Assembly (NCBI GenBank): GCA_045587445.1
Contig: JAZNCH010000036.1
Coordinates: 41,490-105,489 of the forward strand
DNA length: 64,000 nt
Source: Eubacteriales bacterium
GTDB lineage: Bacteria > Bacillota > Clostridia > Oscillospirales > CAG-272
Direction of reading: 5' to 3'
Below, one piece after another: positions 51,400 to 60,774 of the stretch. A program made the translations under genes and the position numbers. Under the pieces are notes generated by a model that saw nothing but the letters and a program-made list of their open reading frames with translations, had not been told where the DNA came from and did no database searches. Numbering within the stretch: the stretch's first letter is position 1; each line of letters starts with the position of its first letter.

Positions 51400-52731
51400 T
51401 ATTTCTTCTTCGGTTTCAACAACAAGCTTTGAAACGAGAGCCGATTCAATTTTGAGGTCAACGATTTTTTCGACTTTGATTTTCAGTCCCTTTATTTCAA
51501 CTTCGGGAAGAGCGCCGTTGTCAGGGATAGAGGGCATTTCGGAGAATACCATACCGCCCAAGGTTTTATATTCTTCTGTTTCATAGTCAATGTCAATATC
51601 AAGAGTGTCGCAAATATCGTCAAGTTGTGTTGTACCCGCAATTCTCCAAAGGTTATCTTCAAGCTGTGTAATATCGGGTTTGTTTTGCTCATCATATTCG
51701 TCGTAGATATTACCGACGATTTCTTCAAGTAAATCTTCAAGAGTAATAATACCCGAAGTACCGCCGAATTCGTCAACGACAATAGACATATGAACGTGAG
51801 TTTTTTGCATATCCTTGAAAAGAACGTCGGCTCTTACCGATTCGTGAACAAACTTTGCGGGTTTAACTAAGGTTTTAATATCAATATTATCGTTTTTCTT
51901 TGTTTGAAGCAAGTATTCACGTGCTCTTAAAATACCGATTATGTTATCTGCGTTTTCTTCGTAAACAGGGAAGCGTGAGAAACCCGACTCTTCAATTATT
52001 TGCATAATTTCATCGTGTGTGCTTGAAACGTCGATAAACGTAACGGTAGTACGGTGAATCATAATTTCATTTATGGTAGTATCACCGAACTCAAAAATAT
52101 TTTCAATCATTTCTTTTTCATCGGCATCGATAGTGCCTTTCTCTTCACCAATGTCGATCATAAGTCTAATATCGTCTTCGGAGATAGTTTCCTCTTTTTC
52201 TTTGGGATTAATACCGCAGACACGAAGAACGCCGTTTGTAGACACGGTCATAAACCAAACTATAGGTTTAAGGACGGTAGCAAGACCGTTAATAAAACCA
52301 CATACGGTACGTGCAAACTTTTCCGAATTTTTCATAGCTATTCGTTTAGGTACAAGTTCACCGAGCACAAGCGTAAAGTACGAGAGAATAAGCGTAATAA
52401 CGATAACCGCAACAGCATCGAGGGTAGGTCTTGCGGATTCAGCGAGGTTAAAGAGCTTTATCAGCCAATTAACGAGCCTGTCCGAGAAGCTGTCGGCCGC
52501 GAAAGCGGAGCCGAGGAAGCCGGCTAAGGTAATGCCGATTTGGATAGTTGAGAGGAAGCCTGTAGGTTCCTGAACCATTTTGAGCATTTTCTTGGCTTTT
52601 TTATCGCCGTCCTCTGCCTGATGTTTAAGTTTATTTTCGTTTAGTGAAACAAAGGCAATCTCCGTTGCCGCAAAAAAAGCGTTAAGTAAAATAAGCAAAA
52701 GTTGTAAAAACAATTGCGGTAAGATGTCCAT
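51397..52731 (-). CDS. CNNM/DUF21 - CBS pair - CorC_HlyC transporter-associated protein (hemolysin/TlyC family)
   Basis: N-terminal DUF21 TM domain, tandem CBS, C-terminal CorC domain. Confidence 0.8.
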   Translation of the reverse strand: MDILPQLFLQLLLILLNAFFAATEIAFVSLNENKLKHQAEDGDKKAKKMLKMVQEPTGFLSTIQIGITLAGFLGSAFAADSFSDRLVNWLIKLFNLAESARPTLDAVAVIVITLILSYFTLVLGELVPKRIAMKNSEKFARTVCGFINGLATVLKPIVWFMTVSTNGVLRVCGINPKEKEETISEDDIRLMIDIGEEKGTIDADEKEMIENIFEFGDTTINEIMIHRTTVTFIDVSSTHDEIMQIIEESGFSRFPVYEENADNIIGILRAREYLLQTKKNDNIDIKTLVKPAKFVHESVRADVLFKDMQKTHVHMSIVVDEFGGTSGIITLEDLLEEIVGNIYDEYDEQNKPDITQLEDNLWRIAGTTQLDDICDTLDIDIDYETEEYKTLGGMVFSEMPSIPDNGALPEVEIKGLKIKVEKIVDLKIESALVSKLVVETEEEI

Positions 52732-52758
52732 TTTTTTCTCCCGGTAATTTTTATAGTG

Positions 52759-53607
52759 TTAATTTATAATCGAGTTATAATATTTTTTCATAGCCAAAGC
52801 ATCTTCTGCCATAGTACCGTCGGATTCGCAAATAATTCTCGGCGAAACGTTTTCTTTAACAATAGCTTCCATAAGGGGCTCAAATGGGGGACCGAAAACC
52901 GAATCTTCAAATGTGAGATGCTTTTTTTCACCTGCATTTGTAAACTCGATTTTTGAAAAGTGGCAGTGAAGAGTATCGGCATAGCTGTCGCCGAGTTTTT
53001 CTGCGATAGTGTTGAATACATGTCTGTAATCGTCAACAGAGACGAACAGATTACCGATATTTCTTGCATTCAGATGACCGAAATCAACAACAGGGCAGAG
53101 ACGCTTATCTATCGAGCAAATATCAAGAACCTCGTCGAGAGTGCCGAGCTGATTGAGTTTACCCATAGTTTCAAGCGCAAGAGTAACTTTAGTATCATTT
53201 ACAGCTTCAAGAGCTTTATACATAGTATCTTTAGCAAGATAAACAGCCTCTTCTCTGGAAATTTTTGATGCGCTTCCGGTGTGTATAACAATAAGCTCAG
53301 CGTTCATAAGCTCAGCCGCTTTAACGCTTTTGGTTATATAATCAATACTTTTAAGGCGTTTTTCAGTTTCAATTCCCGAAAGAGAGATATAGTAGGGTGC
53401 GTGAAGAGACATACGGATATTATGTTTTTTTGCTTCATCGCCGATTTTTCTAAAAGTTTCATCGCTTCCGAAAAGCCCTTTGCCCGCTTGATATTCGTAG
53501 CAATCAAGCCCAAAGTTTGAAACCCATTCGGGTGCTTCGACAGTACTTTTTTTACCGGATGCGTAAAAGGAAAGGGAGTTGCCGCCCGGACCAAATAATG
53601 CGCTCAT
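52759..53607 (-). CDS. endonuclease IV-like / xylose-isomerase-like TIM-barrel protein
   Basis: SLHAPYYISLSG and LIVIHTGS resemble Nfo metal-binding strands. Assignment within the superfamily is uncertain. Confidence 0.55.
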   Translation of the reverse strand: MSALFGPGGNSLSFYASGKKSTVEAPEWVSNFGLDCYEYQAGKGLFGSDETFRKIGDEAKKHNIRMSLHAPYYISLSGIETEKRLKSIDYITKSVKAAELMNAELIVIHTGSASKISREEAVYLAKDTMYKALEAVNDTKVTLALETMGKLNQLGTLDEVLDICSIDKRLCPVVDFGHLNARNIGNLFVSVDDYRHVFNTIAEKLGDSYADTLHCHFSKIEFTNAGEKKHLTFEDSVFGPPFEPLMEAIVKENVSPRIICESDGTMAEDALAMKKYYNSIIN

Positions 53608-54116
53608 ATATTTTTCTTCGCCTTCTTATTGTAATAATATTTAATAAATGGCTTCTCAATAGCCGACTTGCATCTGAAGAAAGGTGTTTCGACTTTTTTT
53701 ATAGTGGGCACCCAAACTGACGTGATACCCGAAACTCTTGCCGTAATGACGTCGGTTAAAAGCTGGTCGCCTACCATAACTGCGTTTTTCTTTTCGTCGT
53801 TAAGTATGCGTAATGCATTTTTTACGGTACGGCGCGACGGTTTCCCTGACTTATATAGATAGGGCAAATTTAATTTTTCGTTAAATTTTTCTACTCTTTC
53901 TTTTTCGTTATTGGAAACAAGAATAAGCTTTATTCCCGCATCGGTTATAGTTTTGACCCACATACATACGTCGTCGGTAGGGGCGGCAACATCATAGGGA
54001 ACGAGTGTGTTATCAATATCGCAAAGTACGCAAGTTTTTTCTATACTTTTTAAAAAATCGGGAGAAATATCTTTGTATGAATCAAAATCATAATCGGGAA
54101 GTAAAGGATGCTTCAT
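53604..54116 (-). CDS. yqeG: YqeG-family HAD-IIIA phosphatase
   Basis: DIDNTL (motif I), LVSNN (II), MVGDQLLTD (IV). 170 aa. Confidence 0.8.
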   Translation of the reverse strand: MKHPLLPDYDFDSYKDISPDFLKSIEKTCVLCDIDNTLVPYDVAAPTDDVCMWVKTITDAGIKLILVSNNEKERVEKFNEKLNLPYLYKSGKPSRRTVKNALRILNDEKKNAVMVGDQLLTDVITARVSGITSVWVPTIKKVETPFFRCKSAIEKPFIKYYYNKKAKKNI

Positions 54117-54210
54117 TTATTATACCTCTTATTAATGTACTCCAACTATTTTAACACAAAACTATGCTCTTAACAAGAGGTAATTTAAAAAATCATTTCA
54201 TAAGACTAAA

Positions 54211-54361
54211 ATGTGAGGCACAAACCCGAGAGGCAAGGTTTTTGCCAAGCTTTTCAAGAAGAAAAAACGTAACGATGTTGTGGAAATTATAATTATGTGA
54301 TAAGTCTATGGGAAAGTACAAACCCATATAGTAAAGTTTTTGCCAAGCTTTTTTCAAAAAG
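54211..54361. repeat. imperfect tandem duplication (period about 84 nt) whose units end in the dispersed-repeat motif (copies D and C)
   Basis: Unit 1, 54211-54261: ATGTGA..ACAAACCC..AAGGTTTTTGCCAAGCTTTTCAAGAAG. Unit 2, 54295-54361: ATGTGA..ACAAACCC..AAAGTTTTTGCCAAGCTTTTTTCAAAAAG. Confidence 0.7.
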
Positions 54362-54370
54362 CGAGCATAC

Positions 54371-54401
54371 AAAAAAGCCGTGAGGGGAACACGGCTTTTT
54401 G
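54371..54401. terminator. terminator of spo0A (bidirectional hairpin)
   Basis: AGCCGTG/CACGGCT stem flanked by A6 and T5. Confidence 0.7.
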
Positions 54402-54448
54402 TTTTTAAAGCTTATGTAGCTTTAAATGGGAATAATAGGGATAAAAAA

Positions 54449-55216
54449 TTAGGAGAATTTATTTTTCAAACGCAAATTATCGGCAATCATGGCGATAAAT
54501 TCGCTGTTTGTGGGCTTACCTCGGTTATTTTGAATAGTGTAGCCGAAATAGGAATTAAGGGTGTCGATATCTCCTCTGTCCCAAGCGACTTCAATAGCGT
54601 GTCTTATAGCGCGTTCAACTCTTGAGGAGGTAGTAGAGTATTTTTGTGCTACCGACGGATAGAGGATTTTTGTAACCGAGTTTATAATATTATTGTCTTC
54701 AATAGCCATCATAATGGCGGTGCGAAGATATTGATAACCTTTGATGTGTGCGGGGACGCCGATTTGGTGAATAATTTTGGTAATTTGAGTTTCCATATCG
54801 GCATGGGAAGCTTTTTGAGAATAGGTGTTTTGAGTCGGGCGTTTATTTTTAGATGCAATTCTGATTATGCGTTCTTTTAACGTTGCATAATCGAGAGGCT
54901 TAACGAGGCAGTATTCAGCACCGGCTTCAGTAGCCTCGGAAAAGATATTAGGATTATTTACCATAGAAACGACGATAAAGGCAGGGGGATTGTCCATATC
55001 TTTGACTTTAGTCATTACTTTAATGAAATCGAGCTTTGACAGCCAAGCGTCAAGTATAACAATATCGGGACGGAAAAGTCTGATTTTGTTTTCAGCATCT
55101 TCGCCGTTAATTGCAAGTTCTATTGATTTAAAGCCAAGCTTTGAAAGGTTGTCCTTGCAGCCGATACGAAAATCAACACTCTCGTCTGCAATAAGAATTT
55201 TTATTGATTGTTCCAT
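54449..55216 (-). CDS. spo0A: sporulation master regulator Spo0A
   Basis: Receiver domain (ILIADES, DIVILD, VKPL) plus the Spo0A-specific C-terminal DNA-binding signature [15 protein letters not shown]. Confidence 0.92.
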   Translation of the reverse strand: MEQSIKILIADESVDFRIGCKDNLSKLGFKSIELAINGEDAENKIRLFRPDIVILDAWLSKLDFIKVMTKVKDMDNPPAFIVVSMVNNPNIFSEATEAGAEYCLVKPLDYATLKERIIRIASKNKRPTQNTYSQKASHADMETQITKIIHQIGVPAHIKGYQYLRTAIMMAIEDNNIINSVTKILYPSVAQKYSTTSSRVERAIRHAIEVAWDRGDIDTLNSYFGYTIQNNRGKPTNSEFIAMIADNLRLKNKFS

Positions 55217-55260
55217 TTTCCACACACTCCGTATTATTTTGTTCTGTATTCTATGAATTT

Positions 55261-55289
55261 ATATTACCATAAATTTCCAATTATTGCAA
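55261..55289 (-). promoter_or_regulatory. sigma-A-type promoter of spo0A
   Basis: Minus strand reads TTGCAA, 17 nt, TAATAT, preceded by TGg. No convincing sigma-H promoter found by eye. Confidence 0.5.
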
Positions 55290-55323
55290 TAGTTTTTTTA
55301 ATAAAATACTAACTAAAAAATTT

Positions 55324-55330
55324 TGTCGAT
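55324..55330. promoter_or_regulatory. candidate 0A box upstream of the spo0A promoter
   Basis: TGTCGAT matches the TGTCGAA consensus at 6 of 7 positions, about 35 nt upstream of the -35. Confidence 0.3.
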
Positions 55331-55440
55331 ATGTGGTTAAATCTACCAAAATTTACCAAATAACGAAATTAAGAGTTGGGAAATAGATATTTTAGGGGAT
55401 AAAACAACAAACGTAAGTTCAACTAATAAAGAAGAATTGA

Positions 55441-55582
55441 CGACCTTATCCGTCACGCCGCTTGTAGAATAATATATATAAGGATAATGGCGACGCGACA
55501 CCTTCTCCCGCCGGAGAAGGTGTCGAGGCAGTGTACAAACTTTACTTATTATATTACCTTGCTGCCGAGACGGATGAGGTTG
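55441..55582. repeat. GC-rich inverted-repeat element (about 142 nt) in the AT-rich spo0A upstream region
   Basis: Outer arms 55441-55461 and 55562-55582 (14 contiguous pairs including 2 G-U). Central 13-bp perfect hairpin CGACACCTTCTCC-CGCC-GGAGAAGGTGTCG (55496-55525). Confidence 0.7.
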
Positions 55583-55649
55583 TTTATAATAATCATTTTA
55601 ATTTAGTGTATATTATGAAATTGACAGTTTGTTTATTGGTTTTGAACTG

Positions 55650-55681
55650 AAAAAAAGGGACTAAGTTTACACTTCAGTCCC
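55650..55681 (-). terminator. terminator ending the long lon-to-rluB array
   Basis: Minus strand reads GGGACTGAAGT-GTAA-ACTTAGTCCC, followed by T7. Confidence 0.75.
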
Positions 55682-55690
55682 ATATTGTTA

Positions 55691-56410
55691 TTATGCTTTT
55701 TTTAAATAATCTACCTGTGATTTAGTGAGATGACGCCAATTCCCCGGGGGAATATCACCGAGCTTTATGTTACCGATAGCGACACGCTGTAACTTTGTGA
55801 TTTCGAGTTCCGTTTGTTCGCACATTTTACGTATCTGTCTGTTTCTGCCTTCATAGAGCTCCATACGTATAACCGTGTAATTATCTTTTCTTGTAACAAT
55901 ATCACAAGCTACAGGTAATATTTCATAGTCGTCTATAATCATAGGCTTTCCCAATGCTTTTAGCTGTTCGGGAGTAATTTCGCCTTTGACTTTAACGTGA
56001 TATATTTTCGGAATACGGTGGCGTGGGTGCATAAGCTTGTTTGCAAGGTCGCCGTCGTTAGTGAGGAGAAGCAAGCCTTCGGAATCCATATCGAGTCTGC
56101 CTATGGGGTAAACTCTTGTTCCCACGTCTTCAACAAGCTCTGCAACGCATTTTCTTGACTTATCGTCGGATAGGGTGGTAACGTAACCGCGCGGCTTATT
56201 GAGCATAATATATACTTTTCGGTCGTTTTGTTTGATTTCAATAGTCTTTCCCTTATATGTAACCCGGTCTTTACCGGGAATAACCTTTTGACCGAGCTCG
56301 GCAGGCATATCATTAACTTTTATTCTGCCTGCTTCAATTTCTTTTTCTGCAGCGCGTCGGCTCATAATACCTGCTGTTGATAAAAATTTTTGAAGACGGA
56401 TTTCTTCCAT
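55691..56410 (-). CDS. rluB: 23S rRNA pseudouridine synthase RluB-type
   Basis: S4 domain (RLQKFLS..G..SRR) and catalytic GRLDMDSEGLLLLTNDG. Confidence 0.85.
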   Translation of the reverse strand: MEEIRLQKFLSTAGIMSRRAAEKEIEAGRIKVNDMPAELGQKVIPGKDRVTYKGKTIEIKQNDRKVYIMLNKPRGYVTTLSDDKSRKCVAELVEDVGTRVYPIGRLDMDSEGLLLLTNDGDLANKLMHPRHRIPKIYHVKVKGEITPEQLKALGKPMIIDDYEILPVACDIVTRKDNYTVIRMELYEGRNRQIRKMCEQTELEITKLQRVAIGNIKLGDIPPGNWRHLTKSQVDYLKKA

Positions 56411-56412
56411 AA

Positions 56413-57522
56413 TTATATAATACTCCTGAAAAAGTCTAAAATAGATTTTTTGTATTTTCTCTGATTTACATCATTTTGAGCCAACAAATCAACTCTGCCG
56501 ATTTCCTCGCCGTTATTGTAATAGACAACGTATCCAACAACGTCATTTCGTTTTATAGGGGCAAAAAGAAATCTGTCAAGAATAAATTCACTTGTAATAT
56601 TTGCTGTTTGTTTGTCGCACGTATAGCTTAGACCGCTCGGGTTTGTAACAGTTACGTAATCGGTATTTCCGCCGACTACGGGAACCTTAAGAGATATGCC
56701 GTTCGGCGAAGCAAGGTGGTATGTCTTGACTTTTTCAAAACCGAGGTCGAGCATAGATATATGGTCGTTCCAATCGTTTGGCGCGTTAAGAGTAACAGCA
56801 ATAACGGTGGTACCGTCTTTTTCTGCGGCAGATACAAGACAACGCCCTGTTTTCTTGGTGAATCCTGTTTTTACACCTATAGCGTCATCATATATTTTGA
56901 GTAACTTGTTGTGATTAACGAGAAGCCGCGTTCCGTCTCCGTTATTAAGCGGAATAGTTTGTTTAAAAGTAGAAACTATTTTACGAAACGTTTCGTTTTC
57001 GAGCGCATTTTTGGTTATAACGGCTAATTCAAAAGCGGTAGTGTAATGGTTGTCGTCGTATAGACCGTGCGGGTTGGTAAAGTGTGTATCTTTAAGTCCA
57101 ATACTCGCCGCTTTTTCGTTCATAAGAAGAGCGAACTCATCGACACTTCCCGCAACCTCAATGGCGATTGCCGTTGCGGCATCGTTTGCACTTTGAAGAA
57201 GCAGAGCGTAAAGTAACTGCTCCATTGTAAGCGTTTCGCCATGTTTAAGATAAATTGAAGAGCCTTCAATTCCTACAGCGTCATCGGCAATCCGGACCTG
57301 TTTTTGAAGAGGGCATTTTTCGATTGCGACAAGAGCTGTCATTATTTTTGTTGTACTTGCCATACCCATTCTTGAGTGTGCATTCTTTTCATAGATTACA
57401 GAACCTCCGTGTCCGTCAATCAATACAGCACTTTGCGCTGACGTTGACAAAGCGTAGGTATTTACACACAAAATTGAGGCAAATAATACCGTTATAATCA
57501 ATAATATAATTGTTTTTTTCAT
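56413..57522 (-). CDS. D-alanyl-D-alanine carboxypeptidase (PBP5/DacB/DacF type)
   Basis: Signal peptide. SxxK (ASTTKIMT), SxN (SANDAA), KTG (KTGFT). Confidence 0.88.
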   Translation of the reverse strand: MKKTIILLIITVLFASILCVNTYALSTSAQSAVLIDGHGGSVIYEKNAHSRMGMASTTKIMTALVAIEKCPLQKQVRIADDAVGIEGSSIYLKHGETLTMEQLLYALLLQSANDAATAIAIEVAGSVDEFALLMNEKAASIGLKDTHFTNPHGLYDDNHYTTAFELAVITKNALENETFRKIVSTFKQTIPLNNGDGTRLLVNHNKLLKIYDDAIGVKTGFTKKTGRCLVSAAEKDGTTVIAVTLNAPNDWNDHISMLDLGFEKVKTYHLASPNGISLKVPVVGGNTDYVTVTNPSGLSYTCDKQTANITSEFILDRFLFAPIKRNDVVGYVVYYNNGEEIGRVDLLAQNDVNQRKYKKSILDFFRSII

Positions 57523-57612
57523 AAAATACTCCGTTGAAAATAAATATCTTTATTAGTATTTATTTCAAATGAAGAGTATTTGTATGCAAAAAAGACAGAG
57601 GAAAGAGTTTAC

Positions 57613-58020
57613 TTATTCGCCTTTATTTTCTTTTGTAAAGACGTTTTTAATTTTTTCCAAAATATCGGGGGATTTTTCGATGATATTGCCTACAGTTGCA
57701 ATTTTGTTTGTTGTTGTATCGGGGGTAGACATACTGAGAAGTTCAACGGTAGAATCAGGTTTGATTACCAAAAATGCCATAGGTGTAACCGAGACGCCCG
57801 TACCGGAGCCACCGCCGAAATTGTTGTTTTTTTCGGCCTGTTCTTTTTTTGACGCGTAGTCAAGACCGCCCGAAGCGAAGCCGAGAGATATTTTTGATAC
57901 GGGGATAATAGTAACACCGCCCGAAGTTGTAACAGGCTCACCGATAACCGTGTTAGCTTCAACAATTCCTTTTAGGCTGTCGAGAGTAGTTCTGATAATA
58001 TCATTTTGTTTGCTGTCCAT
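57613..58020 (-). CDS. ytfJ: sporulation protein YtfJ/GerW
   Basis: GEPVTTSGGVTIIPVSKISLGFASGG and GGGSGTGVSVTPMAFLVI are typical of the family. Confidence 0.85.
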   Translation of the reverse strand: MDSKQNDIIRTTLDSLKGIVEANTVIGEPVTTSGGVTIIPVSKISLGFASGGLDYASKKEQAEKNNNFGGGSGTGVSVTPMAFLVIKPDSTVELLSMSTPDTTTNKIATVGNIIEKSPDILEKIKNVFTKENKGE

Positions 58021-58056
58021 AGTTAATCCTCCTGATGAAGAGATATATTTAATATT

Positions 58057-58707
58057 TTAATTATTTGCTGTTGTATTTTTTTGATTTTTTCTTTTTATAT
58101 ACGCCATAAAAAATTTGAAAGCGATGGATAGGCTATGCCATACTCTTAAACCTAAAGTAATATTGATTTTGGCATTCGTTTTACCCTCCAAAAAATCGGG
58201 CTTGACAATGATGCTGTTTTTCTTTTTTACGTCAACGTTAGTTAAGTTTGATAGCAATTCGACAATATATGAAGTAAGCTGACAAATTCCACCGTAAACA
58301 ACCGCCGTTTTGGCAGGGTCATCTGTTCCTACCGTTATATGCATTTTGATTATTTCGACTTTTAGATAACGACCGAAGGGCGACATAACGTTTTTGAGAA
58401 TAATTTTTATAAGTTCAAGAATTTCTTTTATTTTGGTTGCCTTATCTTTTTCGGGGGAAGCGTTGGGGGCTGGTTGGCTTTTTTTTGTTTTGTTTTTACC
58501 AAGCTTTTTTTGCTTTTTTTGTAATGCTTTTATTGAGTATTTTTTAGGATTAGGTTTTTTTACCGAACGCGGATATATATTAATATTAAAAAGCAGTACT
58601 TTTATTTTTACCGAAAAATCGTCTTCGTAAGCAAGACAAAGTCTTACTTTTAAAAACATAAGGAGAACAAGCAATATAATAGGTATAAGAAGTATAAGCC
58701 ACCACAT
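58057..58707 (-). CDS. DUF2953-like membrane-anchored protein (usual partner of ytfJ)
   Basis: N-terminal TM helix, Lys-rich linker, position directly upstream of ytfJ. Confidence 0.55.
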   Translation of the reverse strand: MWWLILLIPIILLVLLMFLKVRLCLAYEDDFSVKIKVLLFNINIYPRSVKKPNPKKYSIKALQKKQKKLGKNKTKKSQPAPNASPEKDKATKIKEILELIKIILKNVMSPFGRYLKVEIIKMHITVGTDDPAKTAVVYGGICQLTSYIVELLSNLTNVDVKKKNSIIVKPDFLEGKTNAKINITLGLRVWHSLSIAFKFFMAYIKRKNQKNTTANN

Positions 58708-58746
58708 ACAAGTATCCTCCTTTTTTAAATAATTATTTTTATTGAA

Positions 58747-59346
58747 TTATTCGGTTACAGTCGCTTCTGCGTTAGTTACTTCTTCTGCTTGTTCGTCGTC
58801 GTTTACGTCAAAGGTCAGCATTTCGACCGAGGGGAGCTGGTCGAGGGAGGTAAGACCGAAGCAACGGAGAAAGTCAAGAGTAGTACCGTAAAGTGAGGGT
58901 CTTCCGGGAACGTCAAGCCGTCCTTTTTTTTCAATAAGATTTTTTTCAAGAAGAAGAGCGACGGAATACGAGCTGTCGAGTCCTCTGACTTGTTCTATGT
59001 ATGCACGAGTTACCGGCTGGTGATATGCGATTATAGCGAGAACCTCAAGAGATGAGTTTGAGAGATTACCTCTGCCTTGCTTAATACCGAGTGCCATTTT
59101 TACGTAGGATTCGTATTCGCTCTTGGTGCAAAGCTGACACGCCTTGTCAAACATAATGAGCTGAACGCCTCTCGGAGTATCGCTGTTGTTGTATTTTTCG
59201 CTGTACTCTTCAACCATTTTTTTTGCAATAGCAGGAGTGGTTTCAAGAATATCGGCAATTTTATCGTATGAAACAGGGTGTCCTGCGGCATAAAGCACAG
59301 CTTCAATTATTTCAAAACTTTTTGAAATGTCAAGTTCATTCTGCAT
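58747..59346 (-). CDS. scpB: segregation and condensation protein B
   Basis: IEAVLYAAG.PVS...IA and LEVLAIIAYHQPVTRAYIEQVRG winged-helix repeats. Confidence 0.88.
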   Translation of the reverse strand: MQNELDISKSFEIIEAVLYAAGHPVSYDKIADILETTPAIAKKMVEEYSEKYNNSDTPRGVQLIMFDKACQLCTKSEYESYVKMALGIKQGRGNLSNSSLEVLAIIAYHQPVTRAYIEQVRGLDSSYSVALLLEKNLIEKKGRLDVPGRPSLYGTTLDFLRCFGLTSLDQLPSVEMLTFDVNDDEQAEEVTNAEATVTE

Positions 59347-60094
59347 TTTCGTTTACTGCCTTTCGGTTAGAGTGAGTGTTGAGGATAATATCGAGTTCTC
59401 CGTTATCCGTTTCTTCAAGCTCGATTCTTCTTGCCTTCGCCAATTCCAAAATAGCCATAAAAGATGCGACAAGCTCGGAACGGTTTTCGCAGAGGAGCAT
59501 AAGATTGTCAAACGAATCTCTGCCTTGTTTACGAAGTCTTTTCATAATAGAAAGTATCTTTTCAGATACCGAAACCATTCGTCCGCGAAGAAGGGGCGCA
59601 AATACCTTTTCGGGCGGAGCCGAATAGAGCTTACTTCTGTTTATAAGTCTGACAAAGGCTTTTTGAAGAAGTGTTGAATCCATATCTGTCGGCTGTTCGT
59701 CTCGTCGAATGGGGAAAACGTCGCTTTCTTTTGCGAATCTTCCCGAATATTCCGAAAACATACCGTTAAGCAAAACTGCGGCTTCTTTTGCTTTTTTATA
59801 TTCAAGCAACGCGGCGGCAAGGGCGGCTCTCGGGTCCTCTTCGTCTTCCTCTTCTTGCTTGGGGAAGAGCATACGGCTTTTTATAAGCATAAGCTCCGAT
59901 GCCATAGCGATAAATTCACCCGCAATATCCATATCCATTTTTTCCATCATGGACAGATATTCCATATACTGATCGAGGATAAGTGCAATTGGAATATCGC
60001 AAATATCTATTTTGTTTTTAGCGATAAGTGAAAGCAAGAGGTCAAGAGGACCTTCAAATACTTCCAGCTTATATTTCGGTGTTATTTCTGTCAT
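59336..60094 (-). CDS. scpA: segregation and condensation protein A
   Basis: FEGPLDLLLSLI.KNKIDI.DIPI kleisin N-terminus. Overlaps scpB by 11 nt. Confidence 0.88.
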   Translation of the reverse strand: MTEITPKYKLEVFEGPLDLLLSLIAKNKIDICDIPIALILDQYMEYLSMMEKMDMDIAGEFIAMASELMLIKSRMLFPKQEEEDEEDPRAALAAALLEYKKAKEAAVLLNGMFSEYSGRFAKESDVFPIRRDEQPTDMDSTLLQKAFVRLINRSKLYSAPPEKVFAPLLRGRMVSVSEKILSIMKRLRKQGRDSFDNLMLLCENRSELVASFMAILELAKARRIELEETDNGELDIILNTHSNRKAVNENAE

Positions 60095-60774
60095 ACAAAT
60101 ATTCCTATAATCAAATCAATAATATATTGCATACCGTTAGATAATCCTGATACGATAAGAGTAAGAGGTTTATCAAGCAATCCGGTAAAGAGTGATACCA
60201 TAATAATTATCTGAATAATCTGCTCGTACTTCATAAATTTGAAATAAACATTATCGGGCAAGAATATAAATGCCAAGCGTGAGCCGTCAAGAGGCGGTAC
60301 GGGAATAAGATTAAATACCGCGAGGGAGAGATTCATATAGTGAAGACTCAAGAAAAAGACCAGCAATACGTAATATAAATCAGCGGCAAATTCTGAACCT
60401 GCAAAGAGAGTATAGTTTTGTAGAATGATATTGTAGACGATAAGTCCCACCAAAGAGAGTAATACGTTGGATATAGGACCTGCAGCCGCAGTGAGAGCCA
60501 TACCTTTTTTGGGATTATTAAATCTTCTTGCGTTTACGGGAACAGGCTTTGCCCAACCGAAGCCGAACAGAAACATACATATAGTTCCCAATATATCAAG
60601 GTGTTTTAAGGGATTTAAAGTAATTCTGCCGAACATTTTTGCCGTAGGGTCCCCCATTTTGTATGCTGCATATCCGTGCGCGCATTCATGGAGCGAGAGG
60701 GATAGAAGAACTATGGGAATACGTAACAGCAAAAGGATAGGGTCAAAATCACCCGAAAGAATACTTGTAATCAT
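60091..60774 (-). CDS. site-2 protease family (M50) membrane metalloprotease
   Basis: HECAHGYAA (HExxH) and a downstream NLIPVPPLDG motif. Multi-pass membrane protein. Confidence 0.8.
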   Translation of the reverse strand: MITSILSGDFDPILLLLRIPIVLLSLSLHECAHGYAAYKMGDPTAKMFGRITLNPLKHLDILGTICMFLFGFGWAKPVPVNARRFNNPKKGMALTAAAGPISNVLLSLVGLIVYNIILQNYTLFAGSEFAADLYYVLLVFFLSLHYMNLSLAVFNLIPVPPLDGSRLAFIFLPDNVYFKFMKYEQIIQIIIMVSLFTGLLDKPLTLIVSGLSNGMQYIIDLIIGIFV

